Source: Deltaproteobacteria bacterium (GTDB lineage Bacteria > Desulfobacterota > Syntrophia > Syntrophales > UBA5619). Taken from it: a stretch of DNA of 59,242 nucleotides. The stretch spans positions 1-59,242 of the forward strand of contig JAMDBG010000032.1 in assembly GCA_023487865.1 (NCBI GenBank). The letters are read 5' to 3'. Below are positions 37,138 through 46,846 of this stretch, one piece after another; positions within the stretch are counted from its first letter, which is position 1, and the number at the start of each line of letters is the position of its first letter. The notes under the pieces were generated by a model. It did no database searches and had not been told where the DNA came from. It saw only the letters and a list, made by a program, of their open reading frames with translations. The position numbers and the translations under genes are program-made.

Positions 37138-39212
37138 TGGCCGATTCAATAGCGGTTAAAAAAAGTCCGTTCTCTGAAATGATGACGAGCAGCAGTGCCA
37201 TGCTGGCGATGGGTGTTATCGGCATCTTGCTTGTCATGATGGTTCCCCTGCCCACATTCATTTTGGATATTCTCCTATCGTTCAGTATTACCATATCTAT
37301 TATTATCTTGCTGATGTCCATGTATGTTTTAAAACCACTCGATTTTTCAGCATTTCCTTCCGTATTGCTGACTGTAACTCTCCTTAGGTTATCCCTGAAT
37401 GTGGCTTCGACACGCTTGATCCTGCTGCATGGTAATGAAGGTACAGGAGCTGCAGGGCAGGTCATTAAAGCTTTCGGAAGCTTTGTAGTCGGCGGCAACT
37501 ATGTTGTCGGGATGATTGTTTTTTGTGTTTTGGTTTTGATCAATTTTGTCGTGATTACCAAAGGTGCAACCAGGATTGCCGAAGTGGCGGCGAGATTCAC
37601 CCTCGACGCGATGCCCGGTAAACAGATGAGCATCGATGCCGATTTAAATACAGGATTAATTACCGATGCCGAGGCCCGCCGCCGTCGGAGAGAGATCGAA
37701 AACGAGGCGAATTTTTATGGCGCCATGGATGGGGCCAGTAAATTTGTTAGAGGAGATGCAATTGCCGGCGTCATCATCGTTCTGGTGAACATCATCGGTG
37801 GTTTCATTGTAGGTATTATGCAGCAGGGAATGCCAATAGCAGATGCTGCCCGTACATATACCCTCTTGTCAGTTGGGGATGGTCTAGTTACGCAAGTTCC
37901 GGCGCTGATTGTTTCCACAGCTGCAGGTATGTTGGTCACAAGAACGACTGCATCAGGCGAGCTCGGAGAAGAGATGAAAAAACAGCTCTTCACTCAGCCT
38001 AAAGCAATCGCACTCGCAGCAATCATGCTCTTTACGTTCGCATTGATCCCAGGGATGCCAAAGATTGCATTTATCATCGTTGCATCCTTCATGTCTGTGA
38101 TCGCCTACAGACTTCTTCAATCAGGCGAAACAGTTAAGGAAAATGAAGAAGATGTACCTGTTCCCGCCGCCGAAACATCCGCAGACTTGCTCTTTCCACT
38201 GGATCCACTGTGCCTTGAGGTCGGTTATGGACTCATACCCCTGGTGGATACCTCACAGGGCGGAGAACTGCTTAACAGAATAAAGGCTTTAAGGAAACAA
38301 TTGGCCAGTGAGATGGGTTTTATCATGCCTGCCGTTCATATCAGAGACAATCTCCAGCTTAAGCCAAATGAATACTCTTTTCTAATGAAAGGGATTGAAA
38401 TAGCGGGAGGTGAGTTGCTTCCCAACCATCGCCTTGCTATCGTACATGAAGAGAGCGGTGTCAAAATCACTGGAATTACAACAAGAGAGCCGGCATTTGG
38501 CCTTCCGGCCGTATGGATTCCGGAAAAAGAAGCCGAAAATGTCCAGGCCAAAGGTATCGTCGTCGTTGATACGGCAACCGTTGTGACCACTCATATTACT
38601 GAAATCATCAAATCCCACGTGGATGAGTTGCTGGGCCGGCAAGAGGTGCAGGCGATAATCGACAGCCTAGCTGCAAGTTACCCAAAAATTATTGAAGATT
38701 TGGTGCCCAAGGTAATCCCACTGGGAACTCTGCAAAAGGTTTTACAGAGGCTTTTGAAGGAAAGGGTCTCCATACGCGACATCCTGATGATCATCGAAAC
38801 GATGGCCGATTACCTTCCCATGACTAAAAATGTGGACATTTTAACTGGTTATGTGAGGCAGGCGCTCGGTCGAACTATTACCAGGCAATATCAGGATCGG
38901 GATAATACCATTCATGTAATGATGGTTTCTCCAGAAATCGAGGAAATCATCACCCGCTCCATTCAGCATACGGAATATGAGTCTCTGGTATCTCCTGATC
39001 CTGGCATGGTCAGAAAACTTATCGAAAACTCCCAAAAAATAATGGGAAATTTTACATCCAAGGGCCTTACCCCTATTGTCCTTACATCAGCCAATACGAG
39101 AATTCACCTGAGAAAAATCATGGAACGATTCTTCCCAAGCATTGTTGTCCTTGCCCATAATGAAATTACGGCAAATACAAATATTACCTCACTGGGAATG
39201 GTGGAACTCTGA
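37137..39212 (+). CDS. flhA: flagellar export gate protein FlhA
   Basis: 691 aa; FPSVLLTVTLLRLSLNVASTRLIL and FVRGDAIAG motifs; large cytoplasmic C-terminal domain. Confidence 0.95.
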   Translation: MADSIAVKKSPFSEMMTSSSAMLAMGVIGILLVMMVPLPTFILDILLSFSITISIIILLMSMYVLKPLDFSAFPSVLLTVTLLRLSLNVASTRLILLHGNEGTGAAGQVIKAFGSFVVGGNYVVGMIVFCVLVLINFVVITKGATRIAEVAARFTLDAMPGKQMSIDADLNTGLITDAEARRRRREIENEANFYGAMDGASKFVRGDAIAGVIIVLVNIIGGFIVGIMQQGMPIADAARTYTLLSVGDGLVTQVPALIVSTAAGMLVTRTTASGELGEEMKKQLFTQPKAIALAAIMLFTFALIPGMPKIAFIIVASFMSVIAYRLLQSGETVKENEEDVPVPAAETSADLLFPLDPLCLEVGYGLIPLVDTSQGGELLNRIKALRKQLASEMGFIMPAVHIRDNLQLKPNEYSFLMKGIEIAGGELLPNHRLAIVHEESGVKITGITTREPAFGLPAVWIPEKEAENVQAKGIVVVDTATVVTTHITEIIKSHVDELLGRQEVQAIIDSLAASYPKIIEDLVPKVIPLGTLQKVLQRLLKERVSIRDILMIIETMADYLPMTKNVDILTGYVRQALGRTITRQYQDRDNTIHVMMVSPEIEEIITRSIQHTEYESLVSPDPGMVRKLIENSQKIMGNFTSKGLTPIVLTSANTRIHLRKIMERFFPSIVVLAHNEITANTNITSLGMVEL

Positions 39213-39213
39213 T

Positions 39214-40350
39214 ATGCAAATCAAACGCTATGAAGCAATCAACATGCAGGAAGCCACGAACCGAATCAAAAAGGACCTCGGACCTGATGCAATCATTCTT
39301 TCGATGAAGAAAATATCGGAGCGACCACCTCTGATTGAGATTTTGGCTGCCCGTGATGAAAAACCAGAGTGCCGCCCCTCCCCTCATAAGCAGCTTCCTA
39401 AAGTAGACCAACAGAGTGATCCGATTTCCTGCGTCGCGAAAGAACTTCATGAACTCAAATCCAGTGTCGAGGCACTGAAACAAAAATTCTCTTATCAATG
39501 CGACATCTCTGAATTGAAGGAAACGATGAATGTTCTATTGGATAACAATTCCGCCCGATATCCCGAACATCTACGGGATGTTTACATGAGAATGATTGCC
39601 AATGGCATCTCTCGCTTTAAGGCTACAAGCTTGGTTGAAACGATTAAGAAGAATTACCCGTATGAAGACACAGCCACATATGAGAAAGGCGCCGTCATCG
39701 CGGAACAATTGATTGCCAGATCGCTCAAAAAGGATAGTCCAAAAGAGAAGCGGATCAAGGCTTTTATCGGACCGACCGGCGTTGGCAAAACAACGACCTT
39801 GGCAAAACTTGCTGCACATTACTGTATTGAAAAAAAAATGAAGGTCGGCATGATCACAACCGACACATACAGAATCGCAGCTGCCGAGCAGCTAAAGGTT
39901 TATGCTAGGATTATGGGACTTCCCATTGAGATCGCTTCTGAGAAAGATATGTTCCTGCGTTCAGTAGCAAGTTTCGCCGATAAGGACATGATCCTCGTGG
40001 ATACACCTGGACGCAATCACAATGATGATCAATGCCTCCGCGAGCTGAAAAACATCTTAGAATCGGGCGTGGAAAACATTTTACTGTTGAGTCCAACCAC
40101 GAGCAGAGAATATCTTCTGGATACGGCAAATCGCTTTAAAATATTCAATTACGATCGCATTATTCTCACAAAAGTCGATGAATGCGGTCATTTTGGATCC
40201 ATGTACGATATACTCGATGAACTTGGCAAACCCGTATCTCACCTGACAACCGGACAGAATGTTCCAAAAGATATCGAAAAAGCAAGTCCTGAGAGGCTCG
40301 CAAAGTTGATTCTTGAAAACAGATTGAATTCATATCAATTGAGAGGTTAA
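39214..40350 (+). CDS. flhF: flagellar SRP-type GTPase FlhF
   Basis: ATG 1 nt after the flhA stop. MQIKRYEAINMQEATNRIKKDLGPDAIILS N-terminus. G1 GPTGVGKTTT, DTPGR and TKVDE motifs. Confidence 0.9.
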   Translation: MQIKRYEAINMQEATNRIKKDLGPDAIILSMKKISERPPLIEILAARDEKPECRPSPHKQLPKVDQQSDPISCVAKELHELKSSVEALKQKFSYQCDISELKETMNVLLDNNSARYPEHLRDVYMRMIANGISRFKATSLVETIKKNYPYEDTATYEKGAVIAEQLIARSLKKDSPKEKRIKAFIGPTGVGKTTTLAKLAAHYCIEKKMKVGMITTDTYRIAAAEQLKVYARIMGLPIEIASEKDMFLRSVASFADKDMILVDTPGRNHNDDQCLRELKNILESGVENILLLSPTTSREYLLDTANRFKIFNYDRIILTKVDECGHFGSMYDILDELGKPVSHLTTGQNVPKDIEKASPERLAKLILENRLNSYQLRG

Positions 40351-40351
40351 T

Positions 40352-41224
40352 GTGGACCAGGCTGCTATGCTCAGACAAATCACAGTACAGAAAAAAACTG
40401 CGCTCAAAACCGCATCGAAAGAAAAAACCGTTGTCCGTAATAACAGGATCTGCGTTATTTCTATCACCAGTGGCAAGGGAGGGGTAGGAAAAACAAATAT
40501 AGCAGTCAATCTGGCCTACTTGCTTGCTGAATCGAAGAAAAAAACACTGATTCTCGATGCCGATTGCGGTCTGGCGAACATCGATCTCATCTTGGGGCTG
40601 ACACCAAAATATAATCTTTACCATGTCCTGAAAGGTGAAAAAACACTTAAGGAGACCATTATCAATGGACCTGGTGGGATTAAGATCCTCCCTTCTTCAT
40701 CGGGAATTCAAGAGATGTCAAGCTTGTCGATGGCACAAAAATTTATTTTGCAGGATGAATTGAACGCCTTACAGGCAAGACCTGACTTTATGCTGATTGA
40801 CACCTGTGCCGGCATTAATGATAATGTCTTGTATTTCAATATGATAGCAAGCGAAACCATTGTAGTGGTTACGCCGGAACCGACCTCCCTAACCGACGCC
40901 TATGCCCTGATCAAGGTCCTCTATCAACGGCATGCAAAAAAAAGGTTCAGTCTTCTGGTAAATATGGTGAAGACCCCGAATGAAGCAAAAGAGGTCTTCT
41001 TAAGAATGGCGCAAGCGACAAACCATTTCCTGAATTTGGCCATCGAACAACTTGGATATATCGCATGTGATGATAATATACCGCGAGCAGTGAAGCAACA
41101 GAAACTTTTGGCGGAACTCTATCCCGATTCGCCATCCGTGAAATCTCTCCGAGCAGTGGCTGACAAATTATGCCAGCCGAGACCAGAGCAGGAAGGTTCT
41201 GGTACCATCAACTTATTCAATTAA
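40352..41224 (+). CDS. flhG: MinD/ParA-type ATPase FlhG (FleN/YlxH)
   Basis: GTG start; deviant Walker A SGKGGVGKTN; position between flhF and fliA. Confidence 0.88.
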   Translation: MDQAAMLRQITVQKKTALKTASKEKTVVRNNRICVISITSGKGGVGKTNIAVNLAYLLAESKKKTLILDADCGLANIDLILGLTPKYNLYHVLKGEKTLKETIINGPGGIKILPSSSGIQEMSSLSMAQKFILQDELNALQARPDFMLIDTCAGINDNVLYFNMIASETIVVVTPEPTSLTDAYALIKVLYQRHAKKRFSLLVNMVKTPNEAKEVFLRMAQATNHFLNLAIEQLGYIACDDNIPRAVKQQKLLAELYPDSPSVKSLRAVADKLCQPRPEQEGSGTINLFN

Positions 41225-41225
41225 A

Positions 41226-41942
41226 GTGATGAATAGAACAGAACGCGATGAATTGATTATAAAATATGCTCCTCTCGTCAAGAATGTTGTCGGGAGATTG
41301 ACATTCAAGTTGCCTATCGATGCCTCTGATCGCGATGGACTTGTCAATGTCGGCATTATCGGATTGATGGAAGCGCTTGAGAAATTTGATAGCACAAGAA
41401 ATGTGCAGTTCGAAACCTATGCGCGCTTCCGGATTCGGGGCGCTGTTTTGGACGAATTAAGATCAAGGGACTGGGTTCCAAGATCGGTACGTCACAAAGA
41501 CAGTAAATTGGAAAAAGCCTTCCATGCGCTGAAAAAAAGCTTGGGACGCCCACCCTCTGAAGATGAGGTGGCAAATTATTTGGGGATAACCCTGGAGCAG
41601 TATTTTAAATTACTGGATGAGGCAAAAGGCATACCACTGATAAGCCAAGAAGATTTGACCCCCGACTATATCGAAGCGCACAGCGTCTCAAGTGTTGCAG
41701 AAGCCGTTGAGTGTGGCAATCCGTTGGATTTATTTGTTGGCAAAGAGCTAAAAAACCTGCTGAAGAGCACGATCGATAACCTACCTGTGAAAGAAAAAAT
41801 GGTAATTTCTTTATATTATTATGATGAGATGACCATGAAGGAAATCGGCATGATTCTCGATCTTACGGAATCCCGCGTATGTCAGTTACATACCCAGGCA
41901 ATCCTCCATCTTCGAAGTAGCCTGAAAGATTTACACCATTAG
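41226..41942 (+). CDS. fliA: flagellar sigma factor FliA (sigma-28)
   Basis: 238 aa; GTG at 41226 or ATG at 41229. Region 2 (FETYARFRIRGAVLDELR) and region 4 HTH (MTMKEIGMILDLTESRVCQLHTQA). Confidence 0.92.
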   Translation: MMNRTERDELIIKYAPLVKNVVGRLTFKLPIDASDRDGLVNVGIIGLMEALEKFDSTRNVQFETYARFRIRGAVLDELRSRDWVPRSVRHKDSKLEKAFHALKKSLGRPPSEDEVANYLGITLEQYFKLLDEAKGIPLISQEDLTPDYIEAHSVSSVAEAVECGNPLDLFVGKELKNLLKSTIDNLPVKEKMVISLYYYDEMTMKEIGMILDLTESRVCQLHTQAILHLRSSLKDLHH

Positions 41943-41959
41943 GTGTGCTTGATAAAAAC

Positions 41960-41987
41960 TAAAGTAATGATATTACTTCGCCGATAC
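41960..41987 (+). promoter_or_regulatory. sigma-28 promoter (TAAA-N16-GCCGATAC) for the orf99 / FliK-like / FlhB-CC unit
   Basis: TAAAGTAATGATATTACTTCGCCGATAC, ~45 nt upstream of the ATG at 42032. Same 16-nt spacing and TAAAGT -35 as the fliC, fliD and flgM promoters. Confidence 0.65.
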
Positions 41988-42031
41988 TGGATTATATGGG
42001 GATTTAATAAAATTTCTATAAAGGTATCGAC

Positions 42032-42331
42032 ATGGTCAGCGCGATTGAGAGACAGATCCTTCAATCGAAAGTCATTGAGCGGATCCAGCAGGTCCAGCAG
42101 CAGCATCCTGATTTGCAGCAACAGTATTTTGAAGTTCAGCTAAGTCAGGAGCGTCGCAGGATGATGAAGAAGATAAACGAATCCGAAGAGATGTACCATG
42201 TAAACATCGGCGAGGGAGGAAAAAAGCACCAGAAGGACCGACAGGAGAATCACGAAACGACAGCACCGCAAGTAGACGTGGAGTCATCAGGCGAACAGGA
42301 ATCGAACAGTCATATTGATATTAAGGTTTAA
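42032..42331 (+). CDS. hypothetical 99-aa Gln/Glu/Lys-rich protein
   Basis: ORF with an AAAGG RBS, ending 6 nt before the next gene. No recognisable motif. Confidence 0.4.
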   Translation: MVSAIERQILQSKVIERIQQVQQQHPDLQQQYFEVQLSQERRRMMKKINESEEMYHVNIGEGGKKHQKDRQENHETTAPQVDVESSGEQESNSHIDIKV

Positions 42332-42337
42332 TTTCCC

Positions 42338-43492
42338 ATGACGCCCGTCATAACGTCTCCTCAGCCCTCCAGGAAAATCATAATCCCGCAGGAAGCACAG
42401 TCGGGTTCCAAATCCACACCGACACCTCCTCTGGTCTTAGGTGAAAATCTGGACGTTCTTGTTCTCAGCAACAGTTTTAATCGCAAGGCTCTTCTACAAA
42501 TAAAAAATTCTACCCTGCTGGCCCACACTCCCCTCCCGCTTCAAAGCGGCGAAACATTGACGGTACTTGTTGATCAGCTACATCCCATGATTGTTTTACG
42601 GATGATTCTACAGGAAGATCCAGAAATTTCGAAATCAAATGAATTCCTTAAGCTTTACAGATCCAATCCTGGTGCTCTGAAGGAGGTAATCGCCACTGTA
42701 AAAGATCTTTTACATCCTGATCATTTGAAGGATTTTGCGAATTACATTTCGAAAAAAGACATTCAGAACATCATTAAGGTTCTGGATAAAATCATCATCT
42801 CTAAAAATAATATAACCAATCCCCATTTTCTTAAGGATAGCATTGTTGCTCTCGGTTTGGCTGGCGAACGGAGACTCTTGAATGCGTTATCGGATCCGAC
42901 GATTTTAATTAATGAACAAAACAGCCCGACTCTGAAAGAAATCCTGCTGAAGCTGTCATCCAAATTTGCACCGATTCATGTCGGCAGCGAATATACTGAA
43001 CACGATGGCCTGAAGGTCCGGCAATTCTCTCATTTCATTGATCAGGCTTTGAAGGTCATCGAATCGCTACAAATCGTCAATATTTTGGCGATGGAGCGGG
43101 ATGGTCTTCTTGTGCTGCAATTTCCCTTTCAATTTCAAGAGGGGATTAGAATACAGGACCTTTTTATAGAGACCGACCGGGGGAAAAATGAACAGGAAGT
43201 CGACAAGAAATATCGTATTGTCGTCTTTCTGGACATGGACACCCTTGGCGAACTTGCCGTCGACGCTGGAATTCAAGGCAGGACGCTCCAATGTACTCTA
43301 AAATGTTCTGATCAGTATGTGCTGGATTTTATGCAAACACTCCTCCCGGAACTCCAGGAAACACTATCAGGACTTGATTACACAATAGGCGGTTTGCAAT
43401 GCGTATTGGACATGAATATCCAGTCCTGGAAACGCGATTTCCTTCAGACTCACAGCATGTATTCTCAGAGCGTCATTGATGTATGCGTATGA
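42338..43492 (+). CDS. FliK-like protein (C-terminal Flg_hook-type domain, no long ruler region)
   Basis: 384 aa. C-terminal YRIVVFLDMDTLGELAVDAGIQGRTLQCTLKCSDQYVLDFMQTLLPELQETLSGLDY follows the pattern of the FliK C-terminal domain seen at 25405..27243. Overlaps the next gene by 10 nt. Confidence 0.6.
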   Translation: MTPVITSPQPSRKIIIPQEAQSGSKSTPTPPLVLGENLDVLVLSNSFNRKALLQIKNSTLLAHTPLPLQSGETLTVLVDQLHPMIVLRMILQEDPEISKSNEFLKLYRSNPGALKEVIATVKDLLHPDHLKDFANYISKKDIQNIIKVLDKIIISKNNITNPHFLKDSIVALGLAGERRLLNALSDPTILINEQNSPTLKEILLKLSSKFAPIHVGSEYTEHDGLKVRQFSHFIDQALKVIESLQIVNILAMERDGLLVLQFPFQFQEGIRIQDLFIETDRGKNEQEVDKKYRIVVFLDMDTLGELAVDAGIQGRTLQCTLKCSDQYVLDFMQTLLPELQETLSGLDYTIGGLQCVLDMNIQSWKRDFLQTHSMYSQSVIDVCV

Positions 43493-43773
43493 AAAAAGAC
43501 GAAAAAGCAGTGGCGGCCGCTTTAAAATATGATGCCGGCAAGGACATCGCTCCGAAAGTCATAGCAAAAGGACAGGGAACTGTTGCGGAAAAAATCATCG
43601 AACTGGCCAAGAAAAACAACATACCGATTAAAAGTGATCCGAGCCTTGTACAGATTTTAAGCAAGCTGGACATTGATCAACAGATCCCCATAGAACTGTA
43701 TAGAGCGGTCGCCGAAATTCTTGCCTTTGTGTATTCGGCAAATTACCGCTATCGAGAACGATCACCCGAATAA
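43483..43773 (+). CDS. stand-alone FlhB C-terminal (FlhB-CC, YlqH-like) domain protein
   Basis: 96 aa. AVAAALKYDAGKDIAPKVIAKGQGTVAEKIIELAKKNNIPIKSDPSLVQIL...IPIELYRAVAEILAFVY aligns with FlhB residues after the NPTH site (LAVAIRYQ...VIAKGAGFIAERIKEIARNNGVPVIENKPVAQVLY...IPTNLYKAIAEILAYVY). Confidence 0.8.
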   Translation: MRMKKDEKAVAAALKYDAGKDIAPKVIAKGQGTVAEKIIELAKKNNIPIKSDPSLVQILSKLDIDQQIPIELYRAVAEILAFVYSANYRYRERSPE

Positions 43774-43865
43774 TGACGGAAAAATATTCCGGCACATCCT
43801 GTTTTGGTCTCTCTGTTTTTAACCACACTTTATAAAATTGATTGAATAGACTTAATAAATTACAA

Positions 43866-43881
43866 TGGCATATGATTTGCA
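43866..43881 (+). promoter_or_regulatory. sigma-54 promoter (TGGCAT-N5-TTGCA) for flgFGAHIJ
   Basis: TGGCATATGATTTGCA with GG-N10-GC spacing, 31 nt upstream of the flgF ATG. Confidence 0.7.
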
Positions 43882-43911
43882 AACTTAATTTTAAAAAAAT
43901 TGGGGCGAAAC

Positions 43912-44622
43912 ATGGCTTACGATATTCCAGCGGTTGCTGCAGCGATGGATCAAAAAATTTTACAATTGGAACATATCACAACCAATCTGGCCAATGCAGC
44001 CACTCCTGGATTTAAAGCGGAACACCTTCTTGTCATGAACGCCTTACTTGAAGAAAGCAAAGCAGGTGATCACACCACACCTCTCACCAGTCTTGTCGTT
44101 GATTTCGGCCAGGGCATCTCTCAAAAAACAGATAATCCGCTGGACGTTAGTCTTCAGGGGGATGGATTTTTCGTTGTGCAAACCAAAGAAGATTTGGCCT
44201 ACACCAGAAAAGGGGACTTTACTGTCAACAGCCGCAACCAGATGGTAACGCAGTCAGGGTATCCCGTGGTCGGAGAAGGAGGCCCGATAGTACTTGGAAA
44301 CGGCAAAATTCACATCAGTGAGGATGGCTCTGTTTTTGTTGATGAAGGTCAAGTCGGTAAACTTAAAATTGTCGATTTCGTAAATCGACAGACCCTGAGA
44401 AATATTGGCGGTGGATTGTATCTTGATGAGGGGGAAGCAGGCATTAAGAAAGTAGATAAACCTCATATTTCGTCTGGCTCCATAGAATTGTCCAACGTCA
44501 ACGTCATAAGCGAAATGGCGGAGATGATCAATATTCATCGTACCTTTGAAACCTATCAAAAGATCATCCAGCAATTGACCGAGCAAGACAAATTATCGAC
44601 CAATCGTGTCGGTAAAGTGTAA
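43912..44622 (+). CDS. flgF: flagellar basal-body rod protein FlgF
   Basis: ATG at 43912. ITTNLANAATPGFKAEH N-terminal rod motif. C-terminal LSNVNVISEMAEMINIHRTFETYQKII. Confidence 0.88.
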   Translation: MAYDIPAVAAAMDQKILQLEHITTNLANAATPGFKAEHLLVMNALLEESKAGDHTTPLTSLVVDFGQGISQKTDNPLDVSLQGDGFFVVQTKEDLAYTRKGDFTVNSRNQMVTQSGYPVVGEGGPIVLGNGKIHISEDGSVFVDEGQVGKLKIVDFVNRQTLRNIGGGLYLDEGEAGIKKVDKPHISSGSIELSNVNVISEMAEMINIHRTFETYQKIIQQLTEQDKLSTNRVGKV

Positions 44623-44642
44623 TTAAAACAAGGGAGGCTCTC

Positions 44643-45428
44643 ATGATCAGATCATTATTTACAGCCGCAACAGGAATGTCGGCTCAACAAATTGAGCAGG
44701 ATGTCATCGCCAACAACTTGGCTAATGTGAATACCACGGGTTTCAAAAAATCCCGTGCTAACTTCCAGGATCTGATGTACCAGATCTACTCAAAAGCTGG
44801 AGCAACCTCTTCGACAGGTGTCCAACTCCCCGCAGGGATAGAGATTGGCATGGGCGTCAAACCCATTTCCACACAGAAGATATTCAGTCAGGGTGACTAC
44901 CAGCAGACCGGCAATCCCTTTGACTGGGCGATCGAGGGGGATGGCTTTTTCCAGTTGGATGATGGTAACGGCGGGATTGCTTACACGCGCGCAGGGAGTT
45001 TTAAAATCAACAAGGACTCCAACATCTGTAATTCAGAAGGACTTTTGCTGACACCTGCGCTCAGCGTGCCACAGGGCACTGTGGTCATTACCGTTGACAA
45101 ATCAGGTCAAGTGACGGCAACGGACAGTAAGGGGACGATGACCCAAATCGGCCAACTTCAGATTGCGACCTTTATTAATCCTGCCGGCCTGACTAGTGAA
45201 GGCCGTAATCTCTATGCCAAGACTGACGCATCCGGTGAAGCCAGTGTTGGCAATCCAGGTATCGAAGGCAAGGGAACCATTTCGCAATATTTCCTGGAGA
45301 TGTCCAATGTCAATGTGATCGATGAGATGGTCAAGATGATCACCGGGCAACGGGCATACGAAATCAACTCCAAGTCCGTCCAGACAGCAGATGCAATGCT
45401 TGGTATTGTCAACAGTCTGAAGAGGTAA
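44643..45428 (+). CDS. flgG: flagellar distal rod protein FlgG
   Basis: 261 aa; MIRSLFTAATGMSAQQIEQDVIANNLANVNTTGFKKSR; C-terminal MSNVNVIDEMVKMITGQRAYEINSK. Confidence 0.94.
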   Translation: MIRSLFTAATGMSAQQIEQDVIANNLANVNTTGFKKSRANFQDLMYQIYSKAGATSSTGVQLPAGIEIGMGVKPISTQKIFSQGDYQQTGNPFDWAIEGDGFFQLDDGNGGIAYTRAGSFKINKDSNICNSEGLLLTPALSVPQGTVVITVDKSGQVTATDSKGTMTQIGQLQIATFINPAGLTSEGRNLYAKTDASGEASVGNPGIEGKGTISQYFLEMSNVNVIDEMVKMITGQRAYEINSKSVQTADAMLGIVNSLKR

Positions 45429-45431
45429 GTT

Positions 45432-46145
45432 TTGAAACGCTTTATTTTTCTGACAACGGTCATTGTGATGGGTATGGCCTTTTTCAACGCCGAATCTCGC
45501 GCGATGAATACAGCAGGCTCTTATTCCATTCATGATGCAGTTCGACAATATATTGAGGGGAACATACCATGGCCGCCAGATACGGTTCGCGTGGACTTCC
45601 TGTCAGTAGAAAAAGAATCCACCACACAGAATCACAATACCACACTAAGGGTTGAACCCGTCGGCAACCCAGACTTCATTGGTGATATGGTCTTTTTAGT
45701 CAAAACTTTCAAAGGCGGCAGCCTCTTGAAAACGCAATCCGTAAGGACAAGGATCGAGGTCCTACGGGATGTCGTTGTTGCAGCAAGGGCGCTTCCTTCT
45801 GGGACAACTCTGACAAATAGCGATGTGAAAACTATTCGGAAATGGGTCCGACGAATTCACCCTCAGTCTTTGTCCTCTATCCAGTCGGCATCGGGTAAGC
45901 GGCTGATCTTACAGGTTGCCCCCGGCACGGAAATTCTTGCCACGATGTTGAAAGAAACTCCTCTGGTGAGGAAAGGAAAAATCGTGAGGATGGTTTTTAA
46001 TAACGGCCTAATGCATATTGTGACTGTCGGCCTGTCAGAAGAAGATGGTGTTGCCGGCAACATCGTCCGTGTAAAGAATATCACATCCAACAAAGTCATC
46101 TACGCCAAGGTCCTGAGCGATTCCTTGGTCGGGATAGAGTTTTAG
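45432..46145 (+). CDS. flgA: flagellar P-ring assembly chaperone FlgA
   Basis: TTG start and signal peptide. SAF-type region VVVAARALPSGTTLTNSDV. C-terminal GNIVRVKNITSNKVIYAKV. Confidence 0.85.
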   Translation: MKRFIFLTTVIVMGMAFFNAESRAMNTAGSYSIHDAVRQYIEGNIPWPPDTVRVDFLSVEKESTTQNHNTTLRVEPVGNPDFIGDMVFLVKTFKGGSLLKTQSVRTRIEVLRDVVVAARALPSGTTLTNSDVKTIRKWVRRIHPQSLSSIQSASGKRLILQVAPGTEILATMLKETPLVRKGKIVRMVFNNGLMHIVTVGLSEEDGVAGNIVRVKNITSNKVIYAKVLSDSLVGIEF

Positions 46146-46153
46146 GAGGCAGC

Positions 46154-46846
46154 ATGAAAATACACTTTATAGGCCTCTCGTTATTGGCTCTATTATGCAG
46201 TTGCTCTTTCTACGGCACCCGCCCGGATGCTATACAACCACAAGCAAAGACTCTTCCGGTTCCGATTGTAAAGCCTGATCACTCTCCGGGTTCGCTGTGG
46301 CCCGGGGAAAGCGGTCGGAACATGCTCTTCACTGATAACAAAGCCCGTTATGTGAACGACATTGTAACCATCATTATCGACGAGTCGTCAAGCGGGCAAA
46401 ACCAGGCCAGCACCAGTACGAGTAAAAATAGCGCTTCAAATTCAGATATCAGTGCCATGCTTGGACTGGATACCTCGATTAAGAACGCCAACTCCAATCT
46501 CGGGGGTAAGCTTTCTGTGGGAGGGACATCCGCCAGCACGCTCAAAGGAGCAGGCGATACGTCTCGTGGCGGGAAGCTGCAAGCGCGCCTGACGGCGCGT
46601 GTGGTCAAGGTGTTGGACAACGGCAACCTCCTGATTGAAGGGAGACGACAGCTGACACTCAACGCTGAAGACCAGTTCATTGTCATCACGGGTGTGATCA
46701 GATCGGAAGATATCATGGCGGATAACTGGGTCCTGTCGTCAAACATGGCGGACGCCAGAATCCTTTATACGGGAAGCGGTGTATTGACCGACAAACAGCA
46801 TCCCGGTTGGATGACACGTGCTTTAGATTGGGGGTGGCCGTTCTGA
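46154..46846 (+). CDS. flgH: flagellar L-ring lipoprotein FlgH
   Basis: Lipoprotein-type signal peptide with Cys (LLALLCSCS). LFTDNKARYVNDIVTIIIDESSSG and LLIEGRRQLTLNAEDQFIVITGVIR motifs. Confidence 0.93.
   Translation: MKIHFIGLSLLALLCSCSFYGTRPDAIQPQAKTLPVPIVKPDHSPGSLWPGESGRNMLFTDNKARYVNDIVTIIIDESSSGQNQASTSTSKNSASNSDISAMLGLDTSIKNANSNLGGKLSVGGTSASTLKGAGDTSRGGKLQARLTARVVKVLDNGNLLIEGRRQLTLNAEDQFIVITGVIRSEDIMADNWVLSSNMADARILYTGSGVLTDKQHPGWMTRALDWGWPF

Noticed and set aside
36950-37498. A 182-aa minus-strand ORF spans the flhB/flhA junction.
   Set aside because: It is antisense to two highly conserved export genes, with no motifs.
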